Shown one piece after another: positions 8,775 to 19,268 of a DNA stretch of 64,000 bases (the stretch's first letter is position 1; each line of letters opens with the position of its first letter). The translations under genes and the position numbers were made by a program. The stretch is from Escherichia phage phi456, in sequence record OR339795; one strand, given 5' to 3'. The notes under the pieces were generated by a model, which was not told the origin of the DNA, did not search any database, and saw only the letters and a program-made list of their open reading frames with translations.

Positions 8775-10364
8775 TTACTTAATAAGCAGCGGTACGCCCT
8801 GGATACGACGGGCTACGCCAGTCGGGCAGCAGGCCCAGACTACTTCCCATTTATCGAATTCCGCCTGCGTAACTTTCAGCACATACGGTTCTGTACCGTC
8901 AGCATCAGGATCACGAGGAGCCACCAGAGCGCCGGAGGCGACAAAGCGATCCAAAAGTTTGGTCATCCCTTTAGTCAGGCCAGACTCAGTAATACCGTCC
9001 GGGTTATGCTTCATCTGTCGGGCTAACTGGACAATGAAACGGCTGATTGCGTTCATCAGGGATGGGACGTGCTGGAAATGCAGATAGTTGTCCTGCGTGC
9101 AGCAAGTTAAAGCATCATCGATGATCATCTGGCCCGAAGTACCTACAGATACTTTATTGAGTCGGCCCTTGACCATAGCTTCTTCGTCCGGGGTGTCTTC
9201 AGGATACAGCGGCTGAAGTGATGCACGAGCAATGACGGCACGTTCTTCACCAGCCGGTGAGTAATGCCAACCGCCGACATCGGAGTTTTTCTTGACGCCA
9301 CGAGCTTTCGCCGCATACGCCGCGCCAGACAGACCGAAGACCACGCGGGATTGGGTCCATTTGTCTTTGCAGGAGAACGGGAAATGATAGACAGCACAGC
9401 TTACATAATCGGTACCAAGTAAACCGGTATCTTCAACAGCAGAGATCGCTTCCGTGTACGTCAATGTCGGTTTGACATCAAAGAAGCCATCAATCAAGCG
9501 ATCAGAACAGATATTACCTAACGCAGTGATCGCCGCATTGTCATAGCAACCCAGGCCGAGAACAGCGGTGTACATGTACGGCGCATTGTTCAGCACTTTC
9601 ACCGCACGCAGGTAAGCAGCAGTGGAAATGTTCGACTGATCGCCGTTGGTACCGCCAGTGAACGCCAGCGATTTTTTATTTGTTACTTTCGCCGTCGAAA
9701 TCAGCTCTTCATTAACAACCGCGCGCAGATATTTAGAACGGGCTTCCAGAGCCGTAGGCAGATAACACAAGCGGCCCATGTCATCTTTCGCTTCTTCCGC
9801 CAAAGACACAGTGTGTGTCTCCAGGGTCGTTACCACACCGAGCGAAGTCGTCTGGGTCAGTTTTAAGAGGAAGCGTTCATTACCCGCGCTGTCCGCTGTT
9901 GCCGTTTCGATGGTTAACTCACGGGTAGGAGAAATACACGGATCACCATCATCAACGTAGATAGCAAAGGCTTCGCCGCTATCAAGTTCAATTTCAGAAC
10001 CGTATGGCAACGCACTGTAAGCCGGTTCGCCTGATTCATCGAACATAATAATCGGGAACTTCGCATCATCCGGAACAGCACGGACAACATAACCAGACGT
10101 TTGCTGAATAGCTTCGTACACATGGCGAATTGGTTCGAACTGTGAGCCGGAGGACGGCTTCAGCGGTTCGCCGAGAACATCTTCGTAATTGGACTCAGTA
10201 ACCGCAAGAACAGTAAACGGCTTGCCACGCGCAAATACGCCAATACCAGCCCACAAGCTGCTATTTAATACAACACCGGTAGATAACGTCGCATCGGCAT
10301 TGATCGGGCTAACAGCGACACCTGATGCATTACCTAATGACTGTTGAATTGAATATTGAGACAT
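8775..10364 (-). CDS. contractile tail sheath protein candidate (P1 gp22-like)
   Basis: 529-aa ORF between the capsid-like gene and the smaller tail genes; assignment by size and synteny only. Confidence 0.45.
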   Translation of the reverse strand: MSQYSIQQSLGNASGVAVSPINADATLSTGVVLNSSLWAGIGVFARGKPFTVLAVTESNYEDVLGEPLKPSSGSQFEPIRHVYEAIQQTSGYVVRAVPDDAKFPIIMFDESGEPAYSALPYGSEIELDSGEAFAIYVDDGDPCISPTRELTIETATADSAGNERFLLKLTQTTSLGVVTTLETHTVSLAEEAKDDMGRLCYLPTALEARSKYLRAVVNEELISTAKVTNKKSLAFTGGTNGDQSNISTAAYLRAVKVLNNAPYMYTAVLGLGCYDNAAITALGNICSDRLIDGFFDVKPTLTYTEAISAVEDTGLLGTDYVSCAVYHFPFSCKDKWTQSRVVFGLSGAAYAAKARGVKKNSDVGGWHYSPAGEERAVIARASLQPLYPEDTPDEEAMVKGRLNKVSVGTSGQMIIDDALTCCTQDNYLHFQHVPSLMNAISRFIVQLARQMKHNPDGITESGLTKGMTKLLDRFVASGALVAPRDPDADGTEPYVLKVTQAEFDKWEVVWACCPTGVARRIQGVPLLIK

Positions 10365-10423
10365 AACTTTCCCTGTTATGCGCCCCGCACGGGGCGCTAT
10401 GTTAAACGGAGAACTTCCCCTGA

Positions 10424-12151
10424 TTACTCAGAGTCACCGGCATCAATCGTGTCGCCGCTTATAAAGTTAAGCCCGCCTTTTTTGGCCATTGTCAGCGTTA
10501 CACGAGTGAAGTAATCAGCGCCGTTGCGTGGGTGCATATCGTTGATAGCCGAACCCCACAGCGTGGTACGGTTGACCAGCGCCGGAGTGGTCGGATGCTG
10601 GAACGGGATGGCCGGGACAGCATCACCAGTCACGAAGCCTGCTTTACCCGGATTTTCATCACGGACGTAGCACAGCACATCCATCGAGCTGAACTGAATG
10701 TTCTCTGTCGTTAAGTTCTTACAAATACCAGCAGGTACTTCGTACACTTTCACGTTACCGAACAGGGTACCGATGTAGTGAACATACGGAGTCTGGATAT
10801 AGTCTTCGGCTGGCTGGAAGAAATCCTTCGGCAACTGTTTGAAGAAAGATGCTGCATCAGCACCAGCAAACATCCCCATCGCACCAGAAGATTTAACGCG
10901 CTCAATAATGTCGCGATATACAGTCTGGAATTTGCCACGAATGATGGTTGCCCATACATCAAAGGACTGGTTAACCGGCAGAGCGATGTCAAAGGTGACG
11001 GTCGCAAGAGTACGCCAGATCATGATGTGAAGACGCAGCATATCCTGTTCATGAGACAGGTATTCCTTCAGGGTGCGGAACTGTAGGGAACCCAGGTCCA
11101 GACCAAATTCACGCTGTGCTTCATACGCCGCCTGTACCGTGTGCTCAGCCGCGATAACGAACTGACTTGGGAACAGGGTGTATTTCTTCATTTCGTGGTT
11201 GATCAGCGGGATCAGCTCAGGAGCGGCTTCAATATTGATTTCCGTCTCAATTGCGATCTCAGTGCCTTTATCCGGCGCTTTGGAGAACGACAGGGCAATC
11301 TGACCAATGTTGTAGTTCAGAGAGCAGGTAACAGTGATTTGCTCACCAGCAGCATTAGTAAACGAGTGAAGTAGGCTGCCGGAACCGTTATCAACAACAG
11401 ACTTAATACGGTTAACGTAGATGTTAGTGCGACCTTTTCGGATTGGTACATTCTGGCCTTCGAAGTCTTCCATCTTGAAGGTTGCGGTTTTGCTGGTGCC
11501 ATCGGAGCTTGCCACCAGCACATAGCGGCGACGTAACTGGCTGTACACACCGACGGATTGCATGTCCAGAACATCACCAGCAGCATAAGAACCAAAAGAT
11601 GAACCTGCCACGTTAAAGACTTCATAGATGTCGGACTGGTCACGCGTAACCGGAATGAAGGTACACGCATCAGCGGTAGCTGCCCCCAACTGAACAGGCA
11701 GGATCATCGCGAGGAATAAAGGCAGACGCATAACACCGTCAGAAACGCTCATCATCTCTGCTGCGACGGATTCCAGCATCGCTTTATTAGTGGCATCCAT
11801 GCTATTGCGGGTGGACTCAATCAGGCAGTTTTCCAGCGTCTGGTGGCAGGAGGCCAGAATTTCCGGACGCGGCATAGATTTATGTGCTGCGGCGTAGTCA
11901 GCCAGTGCACTTGCCCACGCTGTAGCGATTTGAGCGGTGGCATTATCAGAGATACCCGCAAAAACCGGGTCTTTACGTGCAGCTTCAAGGATAGATGCGG
12001 CACGCGCGGCATCATCTTTAATGAATTGGTTATCAGTACCGAACTGCGCAGTGCTTGCCCAGCCAAGCACAGCTTTAGAGCGTTTTGCGATATCTGCAAT
12101 ACGATTCTGGTATTCGCGTAAGTTACTCAATTTACTCTTCCTTAAACACAA
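10424..12151 (-). CDS. major head protein precursor candidate (P1 gp23-like)
   Basis: 575 aa (about 63 kDa), adjacent to parS as P1 gene 23; long N-terminal helical region consistent with a processed propeptide. Confidence 0.5.
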   Translation of the reverse strand: MCLRKSKLSNLREYQNRIADIAKRSKAVLGWASTAQFGTDNQFIKDDAARAASILEAARKDPVFAGISDNATAQIATAWASALADYAAAHKSMPRPEILASCHQTLENCLIESTRNSMDATNKAMLESVAAEMMSVSDGVMRLPLFLAMILPVQLGAATADACTFIPVTRDQSDIYEVFNVAGSSFGSYAAGDVLDMQSVGVYSQLRRRYVLVASSDGTSKTATFKMEDFEGQNVPIRKGRTNIYVNRIKSVVDNGSGSLLHSFTNAAGEQITVTCSLNYNIGQIALSFSKAPDKGTEIAIETEINIEAAPELIPLINHEMKKYTLFPSQFVIAAEHTVQAAYEAQREFGLDLGSLQFRTLKEYLSHEQDMLRLHIMIWRTLATVTFDIALPVNQSFDVWATIIRGKFQTVYRDIIERVKSSGAMGMFAGADAASFFKQLPKDFFQPAEDYIQTPYVHYIGTLFGNVKVYEVPAGICKNLTTENIQFSSMDVLCYVRDENPGKAGFVTGDAVPAIPFQHPTTPALVNRTTLWGSAINDMHPRNGADYFTRVTLTMAKKGGLNFISGDTIDAGDSE

Positions 12152-12264
12152 GGCACTTGTGTGAATCCCTTTTCGGAAGAGATTTTATTGAAAGTCACTT
12201 GTTGACTTTCTCGTGACAAGCAATTTTTTTATTTTTTTCGGGAGTAGGGGAGGAAGGTAAAATC

Positions 12265-12355
12265 CAAGGTGAAATCGTGGCGATTTCACCTTGAAATTTT
12301 AGATGGATTTACTTTAAAAACAGTAGTTTAATAGTGAAATTTGAATGGCGAAAGT
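12265..12355. promoter_or_regulatory. parS: parS partition site
   Basis: ParB box motifs gtgaaat/tggcga/atttcac (12269-12290) and tagtgaaat...tggcga (12332-12353) flanking an AT-rich IHF-like core, just downstream of parB. Confidence 0.75.
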
Positions 12356-13357
12356 TTAAGGCTTCGGCTTTTTATCGAGGCTCTTTCTAAGGATATGCCC
12401 AATCATCCTGTCGAGTTCTTCCTGTAGCTCTTTTGAAAGTCGATTAAACTCATAAGAAAATGCACGGCCTTTCACGCGCTTCCTTGCAAAGCGATCCTTG
12501 TCCTCAAATTTCCATAATTCAGTAACTACGGACTTATCTTTAGAACCTTTATCCGTGAGTAGTGAAGCTTCCTTTGTTATCAAGCGCAGGATTTTATTTT
12601 TAACTTCATCTTCGGCCATTTCTTCAATGGATAAGATGTCGTTTATTTCCGGGGATATGTTTTGAATAAGCTGATCAAACTCTAAATTCTTGTTCCCCAT
12701 TTCGTCGCCAACAGCACAAAGCGTTTTGTAGTCCGAAAAGGTTAATTCCGACTGCACAGGGAAAAGGGCGACTAATTCTTCCGGAGCACTCGCTGCCTGG
12801 AGAGCACGCGTGACCTTCGCCTGAGATAGCCCTTCTTTGGCTGCAATATCCTTCTGACTCATCCCATCATTTTTCATTCGCATCAAACGCAGACCTATTT
12901 CTCGAATGCTGTGCTGCAATGCTGTCTGAACGTCTTTCGCTAAATTTTGCGCTTCCTGAACGCTGATCTCCTGGTCCGTGACTAAAACCCGCAACCCTAC
13001 GTTCTCTAAGATGGCAGAAGCTCGACGCCGGGAACCATCCAAAATTTCAATTTTCCCTGTAGCCCGTCTAACACCTATTGCAGGGTAAAATTGCTGATGC
13101 TTAATAGTGCTTCGGATACTTTTTAATGATTTTGGCGTAAGAGATGCCTGGTCACGCCCGTTGTTATGCTGATCAACAAAGGTATCGCTTTCTACCTGGT
13201 TCGGAGGTATTACCTCTTCAATAAATGTGGCCTGGCGACCAGTTGATAACTTGAATACCTGCTCGACTCGATCGCCAGAGGCTGAAGAACTATCAAATCC
13301 GCTTAATATTGAAGGATTAAGGGTTCGCCCAATTGTTGGTCTGTTTTTCTTTGACAT
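12356..13357 (-). CDS. parB: partition protein ParB
   Basis: 333 aa beginning MSKKNRPTIGRTLNPSILSGFDSS, recognised as P1 ParB. Confidence 0.9.
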   Translation of the reverse strand: MSKKNRPTIGRTLNPSILSGFDSSSASGDRVEQVFKLSTGRQATFIEEVIPPNQVESDTFVDQHNNGRDQASLTPKSLKSIRSTIKHQQFYPAIGVRRATGKIEILDGSRRRASAILENVGLRVLVTDQEISVQEAQNLAKDVQTALQHSIREIGLRLMRMKNDGMSQKDIAAKEGLSQAKVTRALQAASAPEELVALFPVQSELTFSDYKTLCAVGDEMGNKNLEFDQLIQNISPEINDILSIEEMAEDEVKNKILRLITKEASLLTDKGSKDKSVVTELWKFEDKDRFARKRVKGRAFSYEFNRLSKELQEELDRMIGHILRKSLDKKPKP

Positions 13358-13373
13358 GGGGGTTTCTTACTCC

Positions 13374-14570
13374 TCAGTTAGATCTGATAAATTCAATACG
13401 GTCAAAAACTGCTTTAGCAAAATCTTCCGCAGCAATTCGCGCGTTCTTCAATGCATCAGCACTACCAACATACGTTGCCGGGTTAGCTGAAATAACAGTG
13501 TCAAAAGACTCGCCGCAGCGTTCAAAACCGTCAAGGCGAGGGAGGACAACATCAAGCATATCCCCACCGAACACTTCTTTAGCCAGGCTATGGCAATACT
13601 TATGGTCTGCCTTGTTACTCAACTTGGACATAAAACCAATGTTAGTTGCAAGCTGACACTCGCAGCCTTCATCCGAAATGAGTTTCACCAACTCAGGAAG
13701 GCGGGCAACGTATTTAAGCGATGAGTGGAAATCAACCGTTGCAGGCGGCAGAGGTGTAAACAGTATATTGGCCGAGGCCAAAGCATTTTTCAGGAAGGCG
13801 TCAAGGTGAGGACCACTATCAACGAGGATAAAGTCATAATCGCTCTTCAGCTTATCAATCACATTTTCTTTCAGGACTGCATGGATGTTCTGACCCGGTA
13901 GATGCTCATTGCACAGCTCTCTCCAATCGGATGCAATAAAGGCATCGTCAATCGACGCAGGCATAACGTCAACCCCAGGTACAACAGAAGGAACAATAAA
14001 CTCCTCTAACAGCTCTTCACGGCTTACATTCTGCAACATAGCCTGTGCAGATGTTGCGTTTACGATACCAATAGAGTGTTTATGGCTTAAAAACATCGTT
14101 GCTGAAGATTGCGGATCAAGGTCAATAACCAGAATCCTTAAATCTTCCATCAGAAGATGAGGATGAGCACGCATTGCATGCGCCAGAGAAACCGTCGATA
14201 CAGTTTTTGACACACCGCCTTTAAGATTGGAGATGAAAATCACATACGCTTCGCTGTAGCGATCCCGGTATTTTGGCACTCCGCGATGTTCATATATGTC
14301 AATGATGTTCTGAATTGACATCGCATATTTCATTGAAGAGCCAGCAGGGCGTTTATCGAAAACATAACCCTTTTCTTCCATTTCACTTACGGCATAGTCA
14401 ACGTTCGCACGAGTCAGTAGAGGCAATTTTGCCAGTGCCGCTTTCGCATAGACCTGGTAAAACTCGTTCGCGTGTAGCTCATCCTTTTGCAACTGTACTT
14501 GTTCAGTCAGAACATTGAGCATTCTATTTGCTCTTTGAGCAACCTTGTGAAGCTGGCTGGAATCACTCAT
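13374..14570 (-). CDS. parA: partition ATPase ParA
   Basis: 398 aa with Walker A KGGVSKT and N-terminal regulatory domain, recognised as P1 ParA. Confidence 0.9.
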   Translation of the reverse strand: MSDSSQLHKVAQRANRMLNVLTEQVQLQKDELHANEFYQVYAKAALAKLPLLTRANVDYAVSEMEEKGYVFDKRPAGSSMKYAMSIQNIIDIYEHRGVPKYRDRYSEAYVIFISNLKGGVSKTVSTVSLAHAMRAHPHLLMEDLRILVIDLDPQSSATMFLSHKHSIGIVNATSAQAMLQNVSREELLEEFIVPSVVPGVDVMPASIDDAFIASDWRELCNEHLPGQNIHAVLKENVIDKLKSDYDFILVDSGPHLDAFLKNALASANILFTPLPPATVDFHSSLKYVARLPELVKLISDEGCECQLATNIGFMSKLSNKADHKYCHSLAKEVFGGDMLDVVLPRLDGFERCGESFDTVISANPATYVGSADALKNARIAAEDFAKAVFDRIEFIRSN

Positions 14571-14708
14571 CGAAAGCCATCCTTTATGCTGTATTTTTGA
14601 ATTTAATTAAAAATGCTGCATAAAATAATAATGTATGCGTAGATGCTTGTACATAGCATTCTCTGCATGTTTGGTTCATTTTGCACGATTGAGAGTTACA
14701 AGGAGGGC
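14571..14708 (-). promoter_or_regulatory. par operon promoter/operator region
   Basis: AT-rich interval upstream of parA between the ORF269 terminator and the parA start. Confidence 0.45.
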
Positions 14709-14710
14709 AC

Positions 14711-14731
14711 AAAAAAGCCCCGTTCAGGGGC
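14711..14731 (-). terminator. rho-independent terminator of the T5orf172-like gene
   Basis: Minus-strand hairpin gcccctgaacggggc followed by T6. Confidence 0.65.
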
Positions 14732-14738
14732 ATCAGTG

Positions 14739-15548
14739 TTATTTGCTAAGAGCAGCGAATAATCGTTCGAAATCGATAGTATCTATAGCACGCGTAAGCG
14801 CCGGAAGTTCAGCCTCAAAGTACCCGTGTCGATCGTAAAAGAAGGGACCGAAGAGCGAGGCATGTTGGATTCTACTTCGCCCCAGCCCGGACACACAGTT
14901 AAGCCCATTACCGGCTAAAAGGCTAAAAAACTTCTCTGGATTATCGTGGTAAAGCTGGGAATCAATGGTGGCGGTTAACTCTTCCATAGGGAAGCACACC
15001 CGCCCTGTATCCCAGGGATATTTAGTCCGAAGCATAAACATTGCTTTCAGCAATTCACATTGAGCGCGGATCGCGTCCGGTTCATAGCCAGATATGGAGA
15101 CATAAGCCACGTCCCTCATTCCTGCGTCATCTTTGAAAGTCACGATAGAAGTAACATCCAGCTCTTTTTCGAAAGAGCAAGCAGCATCTACTGGACGCTG
15201 AAGTAAATCATTCGACTTAATGCGCTCGAGAATCCCTCCCCACATATCATTTAGATATTCGATATGAGCCAAAACCTTATCAAGACACTCTCGTGTAAAC
15301 CATTCAGTATGCCCGCCACCGGCGCTTTTCTCCCACGGCGCATTCCAGGGGAAAAAGGTTGCGTGTAAAGCCCGCTCAAGATTAACCATTGCCAAACGCG
15401 TACCACGATAGACCCGTGAAAGCGCAAAATCGGGACTCACTTGTAGCCCTTTAAACCGTGCCAATGGACCACATGAAATGCCGATTTTAAAAGTATCTCC
15501 GTTCTCTGGCACCAGAACGTAGAGGTAGTGTTGTTTCTCTTCTTGCAT
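14739..15548 (-). CDS. T5orf172/MUG113 (GIY-YIG superfamily) domain protein with unknown C-terminal domain
   Basis: 269 aa; N-terminal YLYVL...FKIGIS...LERALHATF...GGGHTEWF matches the T5orf172 signature; own terminator; lies between parA and the incA-like iterons. Confidence 0.6.
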   Translation of the reverse strand: MQEEKQHYLYVLVPENGDTFKIGISCGPLARFKGLQVSPDFALSRVYRGTRLAMVNLERALHATFFPWNAPWEKSAGGGHTEWFTRECLDKVLAHIEYLNDMWGGILERIKSNDLLQRPVDAACSFEKELDVTSIVTFKDDAGMRDVAYVSISGYEPDAIRAQCELLKAMFMLRTKYPWDTGRVCFPMEELTATIDSQLYHDNPEKFFSLLAGNGLNCVSGLGRSRIQHASLFGPFFYDRHGYFEAELPALTRAIDTIDFERLFAALSK

Positions 15549-15582
15549 ATCAATACCACTGCTTGATGAGAACCGCGCAAAT

Positions 15583-15839
15583 GTTGACTATGCGCGAAGG
15601 TTAATGTGAATAGTTGACTATGCGCGATGTGACTACAGTCAAAAGTTGACTGTAGTCGATTTAACTCCACCAAAGATCGACTATGTAAGATATTGTCGGG
15701 AGAAACGTTGACTATACGCGATGAAATGCCCCTAAAAGCCATCTCAATAGCGACTTGCAGAATATTGACGCCAGCAAAAATCCACCAGCGTCAACGAATG
15801 TCGCCTATAGTCAACTTCTCGCTATCGCATATAGTCAAT
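15583..15839. repeat. incA-like iteron array downstream of repA
   Basis: At least six copies of GTTGACTAT(G/A)CGCGA in both orientations (15583, 15613, 15676, 15707, 15801, 15825) plus a palindromic pair at 15629-15659. Confidence 0.7.
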
Positions 15840-15840
15840 A

Positions 15841-16761
15841 TTATGGATTGCGCTTATGGATCTGGAAGCCGATTTTCCTGCCGTTTTTTATCTCTGAAAA
15901 TTTAAGATATTCAATAGCTTCCAAATCTTTCATGGCTTTTCTGATAACGCTATTTTGCACGCTAACGGATGATTTGAGATTAAGCCTCGCTCTAAGGCGC
16001 TCAATGCTGACAGGTGCCGGGTTGGCGGGTAGAGCCTCAAAGAATGTATACAGTACCTTGGCCGTCTCTTTGCGCCCTAGTTTATCCAGCATCTTCAGCT
16101 TCAGGATTCGCTTATAGTCAACATAGTAAAGTTCAGATAGCTGTTTCTGCGGCTGGATCTCGATAACATCAAGCTCGGTATTCAGGCTGCTATATGCCAA
16201 CAAGTTGACGTTAATGTTATTGAGATGACCTTTTGCCGCCGGGAAGCGGAATTTGACAACTGTCTGCTGAATGCGTGTCAGAGAGTCATCAATACTTTTA
16301 CGGAACGCCTTTGAAAGGCGCTTACGTGGATAGCCGCATCGATCGGCAAACTCGGAGAATGGCAGGGTGATTATGCCGTCATCATCAGGTGCGTAGTCAA
16401 ACAACGCGGAGGTTATGCCCACCCACACCTTAAAATCAGTATCCATATCCAGGCGTGGACCATGAATTTCAATTCCCTCATAGCCTTCCTGCTCAACAAT
16501 TTTGAGGCTTGATAGTTCTTCAGTTGCGTTCGTTGTGTTTGTTGTAACTGACGATCCGCGACGTAGCGCCACATTGGTAGATTTTAAGGTTGGCACAAAC
16601 ACACCTAAGCGCAACAAAGCGATGGGTTGTATAGTGCTGTTGTTATTGGGCTTCAGGCTGTGGATTTCTCCTGTATTTCCTGCAACTTCTTCAACGCTAA
16701 GGAAGCCTTTACTTTCTTCCGGCATCACGGTTTCTCCATGTGTGGCGCGGCCTGACGTCAA
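15841..16761 (-). CDS. repA: plasmid replication initiator RepA (P1 RepA-like, divergent)
   Basis: 306 aa with blocks shared with P1 RepA (PIALLRLGVFVP, GPRLDMDTDFK) but diverged elsewhere; flanked by iteron arrays. Confidence 0.8.
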   Translation of the reverse strand: MTSGRATHGETVMPEESKGFLSVEEVAGNTGEIHSLKPNNNSTIQPIALLRLGVFVPTLKSTNVALRRGSSVTTNTTNATEELSSLKIVEQEGYEGIEIHGPRLDMDTDFKVWVGITSALFDYAPDDDGIITLPFSEFADRCGYPRKRLSKAFRKSIDDSLTRIQQTVVKFRFPAAKGHLNNINVNLLAYSSLNTELDVIEIQPQKQLSELYYVDYKRILKLKMLDKLGRKETAKVLYTFFEALPANPAPVSIERLRARLNLKSSVSVQNSVIRKAMKDLEAIEYLKFSEIKNGRKIGFQIHKRNP

Positions 16762-16806
16762 TTTGGATGGCTGTTATCAACAGCTGTGAATATTCAGACT
16801 CTAAAA

Positions 16807-17010
16807 TCGCTTACAGTCAATGTTTCTGTCGCGTATAGTCAACAATAAATCGCGTGCAGTCAACAATAAATCGTGCACAGTCAACATAAAATCGCGTATA
16901 GTCAATGTTGATCCCATTTCAGGCCAGTAATGACGCGGCTTACAGCGATCCGGGATCTTCTTTGGATCTTCCTAGGTTCTCTTTAGGATCTGTTTATTGG
17001 ATCTATGCTG
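16807..17010. promoter_or_regulatory. oriR-like plasmid origin: five iterons, GATC cluster, DnaA box
   Basis: Iterons tcgcNNNNagtcaa(c/t) at 16807, 16829, 16850, 16871, 16892 with 21-22 bp spacing; five GATC in 16938-16994; TTATCCACA on minus strand at 17001-17009. Confidence 0.7.
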
Positions 17011-17061
17011 TGGATAAGTTGAATAAACCGGCCAACAAAGCCGGTTGGAAGGAAGTCATAT

Positions 17062-17185
17062 TATTCTACGCTTTCGATAAGAAGACCATGTTCATAACAT
17101 TTAAGCTCATCGCCTTCATACAGGAATTGGTATCCAACACCACCATCTTCATGGACATTAGGGAATAACTCATAACTCACTGAAG
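17062..17185 (-). pseudogene. 3' fragment of a backbone gene truncated by IS629
   Basis: Minus-strand open frame ending ...YEGDELKCYEHGLLIESVE-stop abutting the IS629 end, followed by hairpin aaccggcc...ggccggtt. Confidence 0.3.
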
Positions 17186-17239
17186 TGAACCGCCCCGGGA
17201 ATCCTGGAGACTAAACTTCCTGAGAAAGAGGTAAACAGG

Positions 17240-17566
17240 ATGACTAAAAATACTCGTTTTTCCCCCGAAGTCCGTCAACGGGCAGTTCGTATGGTTCTGG
17301 AAAGTCAGGGCGAATATGACTCACAATGGGCGGCAATTTGTTCCATTGCTCCAAAGATTGGCTGTACGCCAGAGACTCTGCGCGTCTGGGTTCGCCAGCA
17401 TGAGCGGGATACCGGGGGCGGTGATGGTGGGCTCACCACCGCTGAACGTCAGCGTCTGAAAGAGCTGGAGCGTGAAAATCGTGAACTGCGCCGCAGTAAC
17501 GATATCCTTCGCCAGGCTTCCGCTTATTTTGCGAAGGCGGAGTTCGACCGCCTCTGGAAAAAATGA
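17240..17566 (+). CDS. IS629-like OrfA
   Basis: 108 aa [19 protein letters not shown]... with leucine zipper; IS3-family OrfA. Confidence 0.85.
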   Translation: MTKNTRFSPEVRQRAVRMVLESQGEYDSQWAAICSIAPKIGCTPETLRVWVRQHERDTGGGDGGLTTAERQRLKELERENRELRRSNDILRQASAYFAKAEFDRLWKK

Positions 17567-18362
17567 TGCCACTGCTGGATAAGCTGCGTGAGCAGTACGG
17601 GGTCGGACCGGTATGCAGCGAACTGCATATTGCCCCGTCAACGTATTACCACTGTCAGCAACAGCGACATCATCCGGATAAACGCAGTGCCCGTGCGCAG
17701 CGCGATGACTGGCTGAAGAAAGAGATACTGCGCGTATACGATGAAAATCATCAGGTGTACGGTGTGCGTAAAGTCTGGCGTCAGTTGTTACGGGAAGGTA
17801 TCAGGGTGGCCAGATGCACTGTGGCACGTCTCATGGCGGTTATGGGACTTGCCGGTGTTCTCCGGGGTAAAAAGGTCCGTACGACCATCAGCCGGAAAGC
17901 CGTTGCCGCAGGCGACCGCGTAAACCGTCAGTTCGTGGCAGAACGTCCTGACCAGCTGTGGGTAGCTGATTTTACTTACGTCAGCACATGGCAGGGCTTC
18001 GTCTATGTGGCGTTCATCATTGATGTATTTGCCGGATACATCGTGGGGTGGCGAGTCTCATCGTCTATGGAAACGACATTCGTGCTGGATGCACTGGAGC
18101 AGGCGTTGTGGGCCCGCCGGCCGTCCGGCACAATCCACCACAGTGATAAAGGTTCTCAGTATGTATCGCTGGCCTACACGCAGCGGCTTAAGGAAGCCGG
18201 CTTACTGGCCTCAACAGGAAGTACTGGTGACTCGTATGACAACGCGATGGCGGAGAGCATCAATGGTCTTTACAAAGCGGAGGTAATACACCGTAAGAGT
18301 TGGAAAAACCGGACAGAAGTGGAACTGGCCACACTAACGTGGGTGGACTGGTGGATTTGCCC

Positions 18363-19268
18363 CTATATTTCCAGACACCTGTTATCACTTAACCCATTAC
18401 TGGCCTGCTGCCGCAGATATTCCCGTGGCGAGCGATAACCCAGTGCACTATGCGGATGCCATTCGTTATAATGCTCGAACGCCTCTGCAAGGTTCTTTGC
18501 TGCCGTTAACCCGTCTGGTTTAGGCATGATACTGATGTAGTCACGCTTTATCGTTTTCACGAAGCTCTCTGCTATGCCGTTACTCTCTGGACTCCGCACC
18601 GCCGTGTTCTTCGGTTCAAGCCCCAACATCCGGGCAAACTGCCGTGTTTCATTAGCCCGGTAGCATGAACCATTATCCGTCAGCCACTCTACTGGAGACG
18701 CCGGAAGCTCGTTGCCGAAGCGGCGTTCCACCGCTCCCAGCATTACGTCCTGTACTGTTTCACTGTCGAAGCCGCCCGTAGTGACTGCCCAGTGCAGTGC
18801 CTCACGGTCACAGCAGTCCAGCGCGAACGTGACTCGCAGTTTTTCTCCGTTATCACAGCGGAACTCGAACCCGTCAGAGCACCATCGTTGATTGCTTTCT
18901 TTCACGGCCACTTTGCCAGTATGTGCCCGTTTCGATGGCGGTACAGCGGTTTTTCGCTCAAGCAACAGCGCATTCTGGCGCATGATCCGGTAAACACGTT
19001 TGGCATTGATCGCAGGCATACCATCAAGTTCGGCCTGTCTGCGAAGCAGCGCCCATACCCGACGATAACCATACGTGGGCAGCTCTCCGATAACATGGTG
19101 TATACGGAGAAGCACATCCGTATCATCTGAGTGACGGCTGCGGCGACCATCTTTCCAGTCATCGGTTCGTCTGAGAATTACGTGCAACTGCGCACGCGAC
19201 ACCCGGAGACAACGGCTGACTAAGCTTACTCCCCATCCCCGGGCAATAAGGGCGCGTGCGCTATCCAC
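18363..19268 (-). CDS. insD: IS2 transposase OrfB
   Basis: 301-aa DDE transposase recognised as IS2 InsD. Confidence 0.9.

Noticed and set aside
10532-12164. Several 60-117-aa ORFs on both strands within the capsid-like gene
   Set aside because: Nested within or antisense to a 575-aa structural gene; no supporting signals
15583-16906. Iteron arrays or TAEL repeats as a CRISPR array
   Set aside because: Repeats are 15-19 bp with 21-30 bp phasing beside repA, or 12-bp coding repeats; no CRISPR-like repeat-spacer structure or cas genes
16905-17168. 87-aa plus-strand ORF downstream of the oriR iterons
   Set aside because: Overlaps the GATC cluster and DnaA box of the origin; more likely non-coding origin sequence plus a truncated minus-strand gene fragment
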